Origin: a virus
Reading direction: 5' to 3' (one strand)
DNA: 64,000 nt
IMG/VR virus record: IMGVR_UViG_3300043411_002995
Span: 32,001 to 96,000 of that record
Shown here: positions 45,917-55,165 of the stretch, in pieces
Position numbering within the stretch: the first letter of the stretch is position 1
Layout: the number at the start of each line of letters is the position of its first letter
The notes under the pieces: model-generated
Databases searched by the model: none
Seen by the model: the letters and a program-made list of their open reading frames with translations, nothing else
Told to the model about the DNA's origin: nothing
Position numbers and translations under genes: made by a program

Positions 45917-46396
45917 ATGCGGAAGCCCCCCGAGGACATGACCAGCACGGAGGACCTCTGGCTCCGTGCGCTCGATCGCCAATGGCAGGAAACCCCCGAG
46001 CACCTCAAGGAGCTCGGGCAGGTCCTGCGCCGCAGCGTCGACCACGATGTGGACGAGCTCGCGGCATTCCTTTCCAAGCACGAGATCCAGGTCGCCGCGG
46101 AACACCTCGCGGAGTTCCGCGACGTCCTGATCGTCAAGCGCATCGACATGAAGGACCTCGAGCCAGCGGCGCGCGCCCGCCTGCGCGCCCGCCTCCTTCA
46201 AGCCGACGACCCGCGCCACATGACGGCGGACTACGCCGCGGCCATCCAGGCCGGCGAAGTCCCGCGGTGCCGCAGCTGCCGATGGTTCGTCACCGCACCC
46301 GGTGACACCACCGCCGGCGGCGACAAGCCCTGCACCAGCTTCGGAACCAAGGGCGCCGACCAGGCGTGCTTCGGCTTCACGAAGACCGATCTCTGA
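45917..46396 (+). CDS. Hypothetical protein with Cys-rich C-terminus
   Basis: CRSCRWF...C...C. Confidence 0.7.
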   Translation: MRKPPEDMTSTEDLWLRALDRQWQETPEHLKELGQVLRRSVDHDVDELAAFLSKHEIQVAAEHLAEFRDVLIVKRIDMKDLEPAARARLRARLLQADDPRHMTADYAAAIQAGEVPRCRSCRWFVTAPGDTTAGGDKPCTSFGTKGADQACFGFTKTDL

Positions 46397-46427
46397 AAAG
46401 GCTCTCGCTCCTTCATGAGCCTTTTCG

Positions 46428-46476
46428 ACGGCGCACGGGGCGGTTGGCTCCCAACCCCTGCGCCGTTTTTTTAGCC
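46428..46476 (+). terminator. Intrinsic terminator (at convergent gene ends)
   Basis: ACGGCGCA...TGCGCCGT outer stem, GGTTGG/CCAACC inner stem, T-tract then AGCC. Confidence 0.8.
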
Positions 46477-47574
46477 TGAGGGCGTCGCGAGCCGCGAGCC
46501 GCGAGCCGGGTTGTAGAGCGACTCGACCATGTCCTTGTAGAAGGCGGTCTTGCTCGGCGGCTTCGCCTGGGCGCGCTCCTTCGCCGGCCCGCCGACCTGC
46601 CCAGGACCGATGCTCTTCGGCTTGGGCGGGCTGGTCCCCATGCGCCAGGCCGAGCTCGCGCTCGAGCGCAAGGCCCCCGGTGCCTTGACCTCGGCGCCGG
46701 CCGCCGCCGCCCCGAGCTTCTCCTCCTGCGCTTCGAGCTCGCCCGCCCGCCGCTTCGCCGCCGCCCCTTCCCTCAGCGCCTCGACCAGCCGCTTGGCCAG
46801 GATGGTCGCCAGGACCGGCGCCGCCGCCGCCGCGACGTAGGTGCCGAAGGACGGGGCGAGCTCCTTCAGTGCGCGCATGGTGCCGTAGCCGCTGTGGCGA
46901 GCCCCCTGCAACGCCTTGTAGGACGCCCGCGCCTCCTCGATGAGTTCGGGGGCGGTGGTGGCGGCCACCAGCGCGGGGGCGTGGTCGTAGACGAACCGCC
47001 GGACCCGCTCCCCCTCCTGGGGCTCCGAGATCGTGCTGGCCGCGAGCCCCGCCCGAACCAGGTGGCCGATGGTGGACCCCGTGCCGAGCGTCTTGCCCAT
47101 CGACTGGAGGGCCCGCCGCAGGTCGTGGCTGCCGGCGATCGGCGAGGCGTGGCCGATCTCGTGGAACGCCTGTGGGACCGACGACCGGTTGAGCCCGATG
47201 TGGGGGGTGACGTCGCCGACGGGCTCGCCGGCGATGCGCATGAGCAGGCTGCGGAGCGGGCCGGGGCGGTCCATGAAGTAGCCGGACTCGAACCCCGGCC
47301 CACCGGCGATGATGGGGACGGTGACGCCGCTCTTGCGGGCGAAGTCGGCGATTGCCTCCGCCTCGGCGCGCGTGAACTTCGAGAGCCGCTTCAGCGGCGT
47401 GCCGGTGTCGTCGTCGAGCGGCACGCCGGACATGAGCAGCTTCGCGAGCCCGTGCGGAGCGTCGCTCGTGAGCGGAGAGATCACGCGAGGAAGCCCTTCG
47501 TACGCGGCCGCGGCCGCGAGCGCTGGCGCGACGCCGAGCCCCCCACCGTCTTCCTGGTCCCGATCGTCGGACAT
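46471..47574 (-). CDS. Zincin-like protein, paralog of 32794..34281
   Basis: AFHEIGHA, downstream IEEARAS, shared DHAPALVAAT and LAPSFGTY blocks; start overlaps the RNAP stop. Confidence 0.65.
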   Translation of the reverse strand: MSDDRDQEDGGGLGVAPALAAAAAYEGLPRVISPLTSDAPHGLAKLLMSGVPLDDDTGTPLKRLSKFTRAEAEAIADFARKSGVTVPIIAGGPGFESGYFMDRPGPLRSLLMRIAGEPVGDVTPHIGLNRSSVPQAFHEIGHASPIAGSHDLRRALQSMGKTLGTGSTIGHLVRAGLAASTISEPQEGERVRRFVYDHAPALVAATTAPELIEEARASYKALQGARHSGYGTMRALKELAPSFGTYVAAAAAPVLATILAKRLVEALREGAAAKRRAGELEAQEEKLGAAAAGAEVKAPGALRSSASSAWRMGTSPPKPKSIGPGQVGGPAKERAQAKPPSKTAFYKDMVESLYNPARGSRLATPSG

Positions 47575-50500
47575 CAGTAGACGCCTTCCTTCCTGGAACG
47601 ACCCTGCGGGGCATCACCGAACTCGGCGCCGTAGGCGAAGGCCGGGACCGGTGAGTACCCGTGGAGGTCTGACTCGCTCATGGTGGCAGCGCCTTCGATG
47701 AGGCCCCTGGCCAGCTCACGATACCCCATCTGCCCCATCCAGTCGTCGCGGAGGAGGGGTACCCGCTGGATGCCGGCGAGGAAGGGTTCGTGGACGACCC
47801 GCTTCGGGCCCACGCCGATCGTCTTCTTCCCGCGGCGCTCCAAGACCGCCTTCATCGTCTCGTCGAAGGTCTCGCCCTTGGTAGCGCCGGGCACATCGTC
47901 CTCGTGCACGACATGCCCGACGGCTTCCTCGAGAGGCAGGTCACCGACCTTCTTGTTGTTGTAGTCGTTGACGACGGTCCACGACGCCACGTCACCCGGC
48001 AGGTAGGGGCCATCGCCAGGATCCAACACCCGCGTGGTGTTCCCCGCCGCGCGCACGACGGTCTCGATCGCCCGCCGCTTCAGCTTCACACCCTGGCCGT
48101 CGAAGGCCTTGTGGATCTCCTCGACGACGTAGTTCATCGCAGGGAGCATGCCCTTGAGGCGAACGAGGTCCTGCGGCTGCGCGATGCCCTTCGACAGGAT
48201 GTCACCACGCTTCACCTCGGACCCGACCCGGACGCGATCGCTGTCCCAGAGCCCCTGCTCGACGAAGACCGGCTCCTTCGAACCGCGGATGAAGATGTTC
48301 GTGCCGCCGCCGCCGGGCACGTCCTCGATCCGGTCGACCTTGCCGTCGGCCTCGGCCAAGGCCGCGCGGCCGCGCTTGATCTGGTGCAGCTTGAAGAGCT
48401 TGTCGATCGCGGCGTACCCATCGAGGACGCCGCGCGTGCCCGAGACGCCGCCCTGGTGGAAGGTGCGCATCGTCATCTGGGTCAGCGGCTCGGACATCGC
48501 CTGACCGGAGATCGCCCCGACGTTGTCGCCGATCGCCGGCAGCTTGCCGTTCTCGGTGATGCCGTAGCTCTTGGCGCTGATGCCGTGGGGCGTCGGGTCG
48601 GTCAACGGCGACATCACCCACAGCGTCTTCTGCTTGCGGTCGCGCAGGGTGTTCAGCAGCGCCGCGGTGACCTGGTCGCCGGCGTGGGCGATGACCGTCC
48701 CGCCGATGCGGATGTCCTTCGACAGGAAGCGGTCCTCGAGGTCGTTCGACCGGTTGTCGACCGGCAGCTCGATGCCTTCCTGCGGCCCCGAGTCGTGCCG
48801 CGAGACCACCTGGGTCACCGAGGTGGCCATGATGTCCTTGTTGAAGGCGCCGGGCTCGGAGGTCTGCATCTGCTTGTCCACCGCGGCGGCCCGCGCGCCG
48901 TAGAGGGTCGCCCAGTAGTCGGACAGCGGCAGCCCCTCGGCGAACGAGCGCATCACCGGCGCGAGCTGGGCGTTGCCCCGGTGGTCGTCGACCATGAACG
49001 GCGCCGAGACGATCTGCTTGAGCTGGTTGCGGTTGCCGCGCGCGCCCGACCGCACCATCAGGTCGAAGTTGTTGTCCTGCTCGGGCAGGCGGACCTTGAG
49101 CATCGCGTTGAGCTCGTCGTTGGCCGCCGAGATGAGCTGCTCGCCGCTCGCACGCCCCTCGGGGGTGTCGAGCTTCAGCCCCAAGAGCCCCTTCCGGGTG
49201 CGCTCGAAGATCGCCTTCTTCTCGGGCAGGTCGGGGAGCAGGTCCTTCAGGCTCACGGTGAACCCGGTCTTGTAGGTGTGGAGGTCCCCCATCTTCTTGA
49301 GCTTGTCGACGACCCCGCCGTGGTCCTTCGGCAGCACGCGCGCGAGGTCGCGCATCAGCTCGTCGAGCCCCTTGCTGTCGAGCTCGCGGTCCGCGAACTT
49401 CGTCTGCAGCTCGGGTGGCAGCACCTGCAGCAACTCGGGCTTGTACTTCGGGTCGCGCGACATCTGGTACAGCCCCAGCGCCGCCTCGTTCTGCGGCTTG
49501 ATCATGATGCCGCCGGTGCCCGGGTTGAAGAGGTTCCGCGACGGCATCATCCGGTACGCCTCCTCGATCGCGTCCTCGAGGATGGGCACGTGGACGTTCA
49601 TGGCGTCGCCGTCGAAGTCGGCGTTGAAGCCCTTCACGACGAGCGGCGGGATCTTGATCGCCCTCCCATCGGTCATCTGCGGCGTGAAGCCCATCACCGA
49701 GAACTTGTGGAGCGAGGGGGCGCGGTTGAGCAGCACCGGGCGCGAGGCCATCTCGGCCTGCAGCGCCGATAGCGCGATGGGGGATCGCTTGTCGATCTCC
49801 TCCTCCGCGGCGAGCGGCTTCATGCCCGAGTGGTTCACCAAGCGCCGGGTCACGAACGGGCGGAAGAGCGTCCAGGACATCTCCTCGGGGAGTCCGACCT
49901 CGTCGACGCCGAGCTTGGGCTCGGGGATGATGGTGCCGCGGCCGACCAGGTTCTGTCGCCGGCGCAGCACCTCGTACTGGAAGTAGCCGGTCTTCGCCGG
50001 CTTGCCCTTGACCTGCTCGAGCACGCCCTTGGGCCGGCGGGCCTCGGGGTAGAAGGCGATCGGCTTGCCGATGCCCGAGAGCGCCTGCATGCCCTTGTAG
50101 AGGTCCTCGCGGAGCGGCGCGCTCACCGAGTCGGGGATGAACGGGATGTCGTTCTGCCACTTCAGCTCGTTGTTCACGAGCGCAAGGTCGCGGTAGAGCG
50201 TGTTGAGCCCGGGCGTCGACAACGACCCATCCTCCATCTCGACGACGGGGCGGAAGTTGGGGGGGATGACGGGGAGCTTCGTCTGGACGTAGGCGTCCTC
50301 GGGGCGGATCTTGAGCTTCTTGAGCGCGGAGAGGTACTTCAGGCTCTTGTTCGCCTTGTCGAGCTCCTCGGGGGTCCGTGCCTGCTTGGCCTCCTCGGTC
50401 CACTGGGAGATCTGGTCGTCGACGTTGATCTTGCCGAGCAGCGCCTTCACGGCGGCGCCGCTGGTGACGGTGACGGGATCCTTCTCGTCGCCGAACTCCC

Positions 50501-53500
50501 CGGTCTCGGGGTTCACCCAGAGCTTGCCGGTGACCAGGCCACTGAACTGCTGCTCGTTGAGCCCGGTGAGCTGTCGGATCGGCTTCTCGAAGATGGGGTT
50601 CGGGACGGGCTCGGCCAGATCGATGTGCCCCCAGCGGTCGCCCTTGCGGCCGCCGAAGACCGTGCGGTCGAGCAACCCGCCGCGCTCCTCCTTCAGGTCC
50701 TTGGCGTTGACGAAGACCGGATCGACGACCGCGCCGTTGCTGATCTTGTCGACGTCGGCGTCCGTCATCGGCTGCAGGACCATCTTCGAGCCGTTCCGCT
50801 TCACGTTGATGCCGGCGGCCTGGAGGTAGCCCTCGAACTTCTTGTAGGCGAAGGTCGGGGTCGGCGGCGGCTTCATCAGCCCTGAGCCGGCGCCGCCGGC
50901 GAGCCAGGTCCAGAACGGCTCGTTCTTGGACGCCTTGTAGGTCGCCATCTCGCGCAGGTTCGCGCGCGCGCCATGCGACAGCATCGAGTAGAAGGTGATG
51001 AGGTCGAGCGCCTTGGCGCCTTCCTCGCCGCCGCTCACGGGGTTCCCGTTGGAGTCGTACTTGCCCTCGCCGCGCGCCGAGTACTGGGTAGTCGCCTGCT
51101 TTCCGAGCTTCAGGATGTACTGCGGCCCGGTCATGACCTGCCCCAACGCCTCCTTGCTGTGGGGGTCGTAGAGCGTCTCGGTGTCGGAGACGCCGGCCTT
51201 GGCCAGCTCGTCGCTGACCCGCTGGGCGTACCCGTCCTTGCTCGTGATCGCGTTGTCGACGATGTAGGGCTTGCCCCGGTGCTCGGCGAGCTTGGCGGCC
51301 GCCGTCTCGAGCATCTGGGACGGGTTCACGCGGCTGGTGATGCCGTGCGGGTTGAGGAGGATATCGATCGGCTCGTGCGTGCCGTCGGGCTTGATCGAGT
51401 ACGGCGCCTCCGCATCCTCGATGATCTTCGTGATGATGCCCTTGCCGCCGTGACGGTTCGTGACCTTGTCGCCGATCTGCGCTGGCTCGCGCGTGCGGAC
51501 GTAGACCTTCACCTTCTTGCCCGTGCGGACGACGTCGACGACCTCGCCGTCGTAGTCCTCGGTCCACTCCTCGGCGACCCCCCGCTTCGGGGGCATGTTG
51601 GCGCCGAGGCGACGCATCGCGAGGTAGTCGGGGTCGTTCTTGTTGTCCTTGGTGCCGACCCAGAGCGGGTCGCCCTTGCGGACGATCTGTCCCTTCCGGA
51701 TGACCCCATCCTTGTCGAGCTTGGCCGAGGTCTCGTCGTCGATCGCCCCGGGCTTCCACGCCCGGTACTGGTCGAGCGAGAGGGTCGTCTGCTCGTTGAG
51801 CATCGTCGAGTACTGGTGCATGTGCTCGCTGGTGAGCTTTTTGCGCGCGCTCTCGGTGATGACGATGCCGTCCTCGAAGTTGTAGCCCTTCCAGGGGATG
51901 TAGGCGGCCTTGAGGTTGGTGCCGATCGCCATCACCCCGTCGGAGGTGAAGTTGGTGTCGGCCAGGGTCTCGCCCTTCTTGACGGCCTGCCCCTCGACCA
52001 CGCGCACCGTCGAGTCGACGAACGCCTTGTTGTTCAGCGGGAGGTTGCTGAACAGCGGATGCTCGTTCTCGCCGTCCTTGGTCTTGACCACGATCTTGTT
52101 CTTCGAGATCGACTGGACGACGCCGTCCTCGAGGGCGGCGGTGGAGAAACTCCCGCCGATCGCCCGCTCGATCGTGCCGCCCCCGACCTTCACCTGCACG
52201 AGCGGCGCCTCGCGGTTGACCAGCGGGATCGCCTGCTCGAGCATCTTGGTCGCCATCTGCGCCCGGACGCCCATGGCGGCGGGCAAGAAGGGGATGGTGT
52301 TCGAGGCGATCGAGAAGGCCTGCCGTGGTGAGTGCAGCACCACGTCGACCTGGTCGGCATCGACCAGCCGGCGCTCCCCGTTGACGTGGGCCAGCACCTT
52401 CTTGTCGATCGCCACGCCGTCCTCGAACTGGTCGGAGAAGGAGAGCGTGAGGTTCGCGGCCTCGGCCGCGGTGATCTTCCGGTTCTTCTTCGTCTTGACG
52501 TCGTAGACGGTGGTCTCGAGCTCGTCGCCGCGCTTGCTCACGCCCACCGGCAGGTGCATCGTCAGGCCGATGTGGCCGGAGTCGGGCGTGTGGATCGGAT
52601 CGATGAACCCGAGCTGCGACGGGTGGACGGCGCGCTCCTCCGCCCGGACGTTCTGCGCGTTGGACCCCGCGCCGCCCTCGCCCATGATGGTGACCTTGGT
52701 CATCCCGTTGAGCATGTGGATCGGGTTCGTCTGATCGGGCACGTGGGCGTGCCCGCCGGTCTGCGTGAAGAACGACGAGAGCGTCGAGGAGAGCTGGTTC
52801 GAGCTCACGAGCTGCCCGACCTGCGTCGGGGGCTGCCGCTGGTTGTTCAGCTTCCGCAGGATCTTCCTGCGGTACTCGTTGAGGAACGGCTGGATCTCGC
52901 CGTTGTCCTTGACGAGACGCTCGCGCATCAGGTCCGAGACGGACATGATCTTCTTGAACTCGAGGGACTGGCGATCGTCGGGCGCCCGCTTCCCAGCGGC
53001 GGCGGCGATCAGCTCCTTGGAGCTGGCGACGATGGCCTCGGGGGAGACCTTGTCGAAGGCCTGGCCCACCGTCTTCTTGGTGACCTCGGGGCGGAGCTCG
53101 GTCTGGTCGAAGTAGGCCAGGAGCGCCTTGCCGGCCTCGTCAGGCGTCTCGAACCGCGGGCGCGTGTCACCCGCCCGCAGCCGCTTCAGGTCGGCGGCCT
53201 TGTCGGCGGCGAAGTACTCGGCGGCCTTCTTGACGGACTCGTTCGCCTTCTTCTTCGAGGCGGCCTTGTTCGCGCTGAGGATCTGGTCGCCCCAGGCCCG
53301 CGCCAGGGTTGAGTCGGCCACGCCCATGGCCGAGAGGATGGGGTAGAGCGCCGGGCCGCTCTTGTCCTCGGCGCCGCCGGCGCGGCGGGCGAGGCGGAAG
53401 ACCGTGGAGGCGGGGTTGAACTCGACGTCGAAGGCGCGGCCGGCGACGTTGATCTCGGCCTTCGTCTCGCCGTTCTTCTTCTCGGTGACGTAGATGCCCG

Positions 53501-53867
53501 GCTTGCGGCGCAGCTGGCTCTGCACCTGGTAGTGCTTGCCGTCGACGATGAAACTGCCGAAGTTGGTGGCCTTGGGCAGGGTCGCGATCTTCATGCGCTT
53601 CTGCGTGGAGATCACCTTCCCGGTCTTGCGGTCGGTGAGCTCGAGGTTCGCGTAGACCGGGACGCCCCAGGTCTTGTCCTTCCGCACGGCCTCGCGCTGG
53701 CCCTCGGCGTCCCCGGGATCAGCCGAGTCGTCGACCCAGACCTCCTTGGCCCGGAGGCGGAGGCCGGTCTGCTCGGCCTGGACGTCGAGGGCCTTGGTGA
53801 AGGCCTCCGCGATGTCCTTCTTCACCTTCTCGAACTGGCTCTGGTAGTCGAAGCTCTCCATGGTCAC
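47574..53867 (-). CDS. DNA-directed RNA polymerase, single-chain beta-beta' fusion (phage-encoded)
   Basis: Beta motifs HPSQLGFIDPIHTPD, GYNFEDGI, GDKVTNRHGGKG, LLNPHGITSRVN; beta' motifs LPVIPPNFRP, LLNRAPSLH, NADFDGD (49605-49625), SGARG, SEPLTQMTMRTFH; start GTG 53867 or ATG 53861. Confidence 0.95.
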   Translation of the reverse strand: MTMESFDYQSQFEKVKKDIAEAFTKALDVQAEQTGLRLRAKEVWVDDSADPGDAEGQREAVRKDKTWGVPVYANLELTDRKTGKVISTQKRMKIATLPKATNFGSFIVDGKHYQVQSQLRRKPGIYVTEKKNGETKAEINVAGRAFDVEFNPASTVFRLARRAGGAEDKSGPALYPILSAMGVADSTLARAWGDQILSANKAASKKKANESVKKAAEYFAADKAADLKRLRAGDTRPRFETPDEAGKALLAYFDQTELRPEVTKKTVGQAFDKVSPEAIVASSKELIAAAAGKRAPDDRQSLEFKKIMSVSDLMRERLVKDNGEIQPFLNEYRRKILRKLNNQRQPPTQVGQLVSSNQLSSTLSSFFTQTGGHAHVPDQTNPIHMLNGMTKVTIMGEGGAGSNAQNVRAEERAVHPSQLGFIDPIHTPDSGHIGLTMHLPVGVSKRGDELETTVYDVKTKKNRKITAAEAANLTLSFSDQFEDGVAIDKKVLAHVNGERRLVDADQVDVVLHSPRQAFSIASNTIPFLPAAMGVRAQMATKMLEQAIPLVNREAPLVQVKVGGGTIERAIGGSFSTAALEDGVVQSISKNKIVVKTKDGENEHPLFSNLPLNNKAFVDSTVRVVEGQAVKKGETLADTNFTSDGVMAIGTNLKAAYIPWKGYNFEDGIVITESARKKLTSEHMHQYSTMLNEQTTLSLDQYRAWKPGAIDDETSAKLDKDGVIRKGQIVRKGDPLWVGTKDNKNDPDYLAMRRLGANMPPKRGVAEEWTEDYDGEVVDVVRTGKKVKVYVRTREPAQIGDKVTNRHGGKGIITKIIEDAEAPYSIKPDGTHEPIDILLNPHGITSRVNPSQMLETAAAKLAEHRGKPYIVDNAITSKDGYAQRVSDELAKAGVSDTETLYDPHSKEALGQVMTGPQYILKLGKQATTQYSARGEGKYDSNGNPVSGGEEGAKALDLITFYSMLSHGARANLREMATYKASKNEPFWTWLAGGAGSGLMKPPPTPTFAYKKFEGYLQAAGINVKRNGSKMVLQPMTDADVDKISNGAVVDPVFVNAKDLKEERGGLLDRTVFGGRKGDRWGHIDLAEPVPNPIFEKPIRQLTGLNEQQFSGLVTGKLWVNPETGEFGDEKDPVTVTSGAAVKALLGKINVDDQISQWTEEAKQARTPEELDKANKSLKYLSALKKLKIRPEDAYVQTKLPVIPPNFRPVVEMEDGSLSTPGLNTLYRDLALVNNELKWQNDIPFIPDSVSAPLREDLYKGMQALSGIGKPIAFYPEARRPKGVLEQVKGKPAKTGYFQYEVLRRRQNLVGRGTIIPEPKLGVDEVGLPEEMSWTLFRPFVTRRLVNHSGMKPLAAEEEIDKRSPIALSALQAEMASRPVLLNRAPSLHKFSVMGFTPQMTDGRAIKIPPLVVKGFNADFDGDAMNVHVPILEDAIEEAYRMMPSRNLFNPGTGGIMIKPQNEAALGLYQMSRDPKYKPELLQVLPPELQTKFADRELDSKGLDELMRDLARVLPKDHGGVVDKLKKMGDLHTYKTGFTVSLKDLLPDLPEKKAIFERTRKGLLGLKLDTPEGRASGEQLISAANDELNAMLKVRLPEQDNNFDLMVRSGARGNRNQLKQIVSAPFMVDDHRGNAQLAPVMRSFAEGLPLSDYWATLYGARAAAVDKQMQTSEPGAFNKDIMATSVTQVVSRHDSGPQEGIELPVDNRSNDLEDRFLSKDIRIGGTVIAHAGDQVTAALLNTLRDRKQKTLWVMSPLTDPTPHGISAKSYGITENGKLPAIGDNVGAISGQAMSEPLTQMTMRTFHQGGVSGTRGVLDGYAAIDKLFKLHQIKRGRAALAEADGKVDRIEDVPGGGGTNIFIRGSKEPVFVEQGLWDSDRVRVGSEVKRGDILSKGIAQPQDLVRLKGMLPAMNYVVEEIHKAFDGQGVKLKRRAIETVVRAAGNTTRVLDPGDGPYLPGDVASWTVVNDYNNKKVGDLPLEEAVGHVVHEDDVPGATKGETFDETMKAVLERRGKKTIGVGPKRVVHEPFLAGIQRVPLLRDDWMGQMGYRELARGLIEGAATMSESDLHGYSPVPAFAYGAEFGDAPQGRSRKEGVY

Positions 53868-53879
53868 CTGGTGCCGTCG

Positions 53880-53897
53880 GGCATAAGCCTCGTGAAG
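53880..53897 (+). promoter_or_regulatory. Candidate phage-RNAP promoter motif, copy 6
   Basis: GGCATAAG-N6-GAAG, divergent from and 12 nt from the RNAP start. Confidence 0.65.
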
Positions 53898-54005
53898 GAG
53901 GGATGTTACGCGTGAGCCATCGTAGCAAGAACCCCCCGCGGCCGCTGCGCTCCGTCACCGTCGGAGCGTTCGATGCCGTCTTGACCTGCTGGCACGAGGA
54001 GATAC

Positions 54006-54230
54006 ATGTCCGCGCTGATCGTCCTGCTCAACCCGCGGCCGCGGGGCCGCTCTGCACCCAGTCGCCAGTCGCCCCCGACCCGGATCCGGGCACTGGCCGA
54101 CGCTAGCATCCAGTTCGGCCGCACCCTGATCGCAGGCTGGATGCTGCTGGCCTGGGTCCTCATCCTGACGAAAGAGGCGATGCGCGGCATCGCGTGGCTC
54201 ACCGGCGCCACCGCCGATCTGTCGGCATAA
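54006..54230 (+). CDS. Small membrane protein
   Basis: GAGGAG RBS; transmembrane LIAGWMLLAWVLIL. Confidence 0.55.
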   Translation: MSALIVLLNPRPRGRSAPSRQSPPTRIRALADASIQFGRTLIAGWMLLAWVLILTKEAMRGIAWLTGATADLSA

Positions 54231-54242
54231 GCCAGGGAGAAG
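54224..54242 (+). promoter_or_regulatory. Candidate phage-RNAP promoter motif, copy 7
   Basis: GGCATAAG-N7-GAAG; its TAA is the stop of the preceding ORF. Confidence 0.62.
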
Positions 54243-54248
54243 GAGACT

Positions 54249-54704
54249 ATGTCCTCGTACATCTGCCTGAGGCGCTACGGCCTCATCCGCAAGGCGGCGC
54301 CGGCACCCCAGCCCGTCCGCTTCTACAAGACCATGCAGAGCCTCGCGGCGATCACCGCGAGCGTCACGGTGCCAGCCCACGGCATGCTGGTCTCGGGCTT
54401 CTCCCACCAGTCCATCCCCATGCGATCCCAGATCTGGACCTTCTTCAAGCAGCTCCTCCGGGGGTGCGCTTGGGCCGCGGCGATCGCCGCGGGCATGTTG
54501 GTCTACACGGCGTTCGTCTCCAAGTGGAAGGAGAACGGCTTCCCCACCATCCCCATCAGCGCGCTCGTGGCGATCGATCAGGCCATGCCCAAGAACGGTC
54601 CGTCGAACGTCGTCACGCTCGGTGGCGGCAGTGCGCAGGTCCCATCTCCGCGACCCGCCAACACCCGGCAGACGAACCTCATCGACATCGAGTACGAGGG
54701 CTAG
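54249..54704 (+). CDS. Membrane-anchored hypothetical protein
   Basis: AAGGAG RBS; central hydrophobic helix. Confidence 0.65.
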   Translation: MSSYICLRRYGLIRKAAPAPQPVRFYKTMQSLAAITASVTVPAHGMLVSGFSHQSIPMRSQIWTFFKQLLRGCAWAAAIAAGMLVYTAFVSKWKENGFPTIPISALVAIDQAMPKNGPSNVVTLGGGSAQVPSPRPANTRQTNLIDIEYEG

Positions 54705-55165
54705 TCGAGCGCGCGCGCTACCAGCATCCCCGCCAACAAGGAGGTCGAGATCGCAGCAACCGTCCACGCGACCGGCGACCCCCACATCGGCTTGACCCGC
54801 TCGAGCTGGTACTTCTTGTCGAGTGCGATCAGATCGGAGGAGAGCTTGTCGGTGCGTGCGACAAGCAGCGCCTGGCTCTTGGCGTAGGTCGCCACCTGGT
54901 CCTGCAGGGACGTCACCTGCAGCGCCAGGTTGGCGGCGCGCTCGCCCTCTTTCTTAGCCACCACCCGCTGGTGGATCAGCTCGGCGTCGACCTCGAGGAC
55001 GGCCTTCCAGTCGTCGATGTTGACGTAGCCGCAGATGGTTCCGATTCCCGGCACCACGTACTTCGTGCAGGGGGGAACCAGCTGCGGCTGGTAGACGTCG
55101 TCAGCGTGTGCCGGGGACGTCGTCCCAAGAACGGATGCGATCGATAGCGCGACGATCAGCCTCAT
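54701..55165 (-). CDS. Secreted coiled-coil protein with C-terminal hydrophobic anchor (spanin-like position)
   Basis: GAGGAGG RBS, ATG 55165; signal peptide ending AHA; C-terminal VAWTVAAISTSLLAGMLV. Confidence 0.6.
   Translation of the reverse strand: MRLIVALSIASVLGTTSPAHADDVYQPQLVPPCTKYVVPGIGTICGYVNIDDWKAVLEVDAELIHQRVVAKKEGERAANLALQVTSLQDQVATYAKSQALLVARTDKLSSDLIALDKKYQLERVKPMWGSPVAWTVAAISTSLLAGMLVARALD

Noticed and set aside
47574-53867. Host rpoBC operon, i.e. bacterial chromosome
   Set aside because: No ribosomal protein genes nearby; the gene is shortened and flanked by portal, terminase and lysis-like genes.
53903-54106. 67-aa ORF right after promoter motif copy 6
   Set aside because: Overlaps the better supported 54006..54230 ORF by about 100 nt and has no recognisable features; left uncalled.
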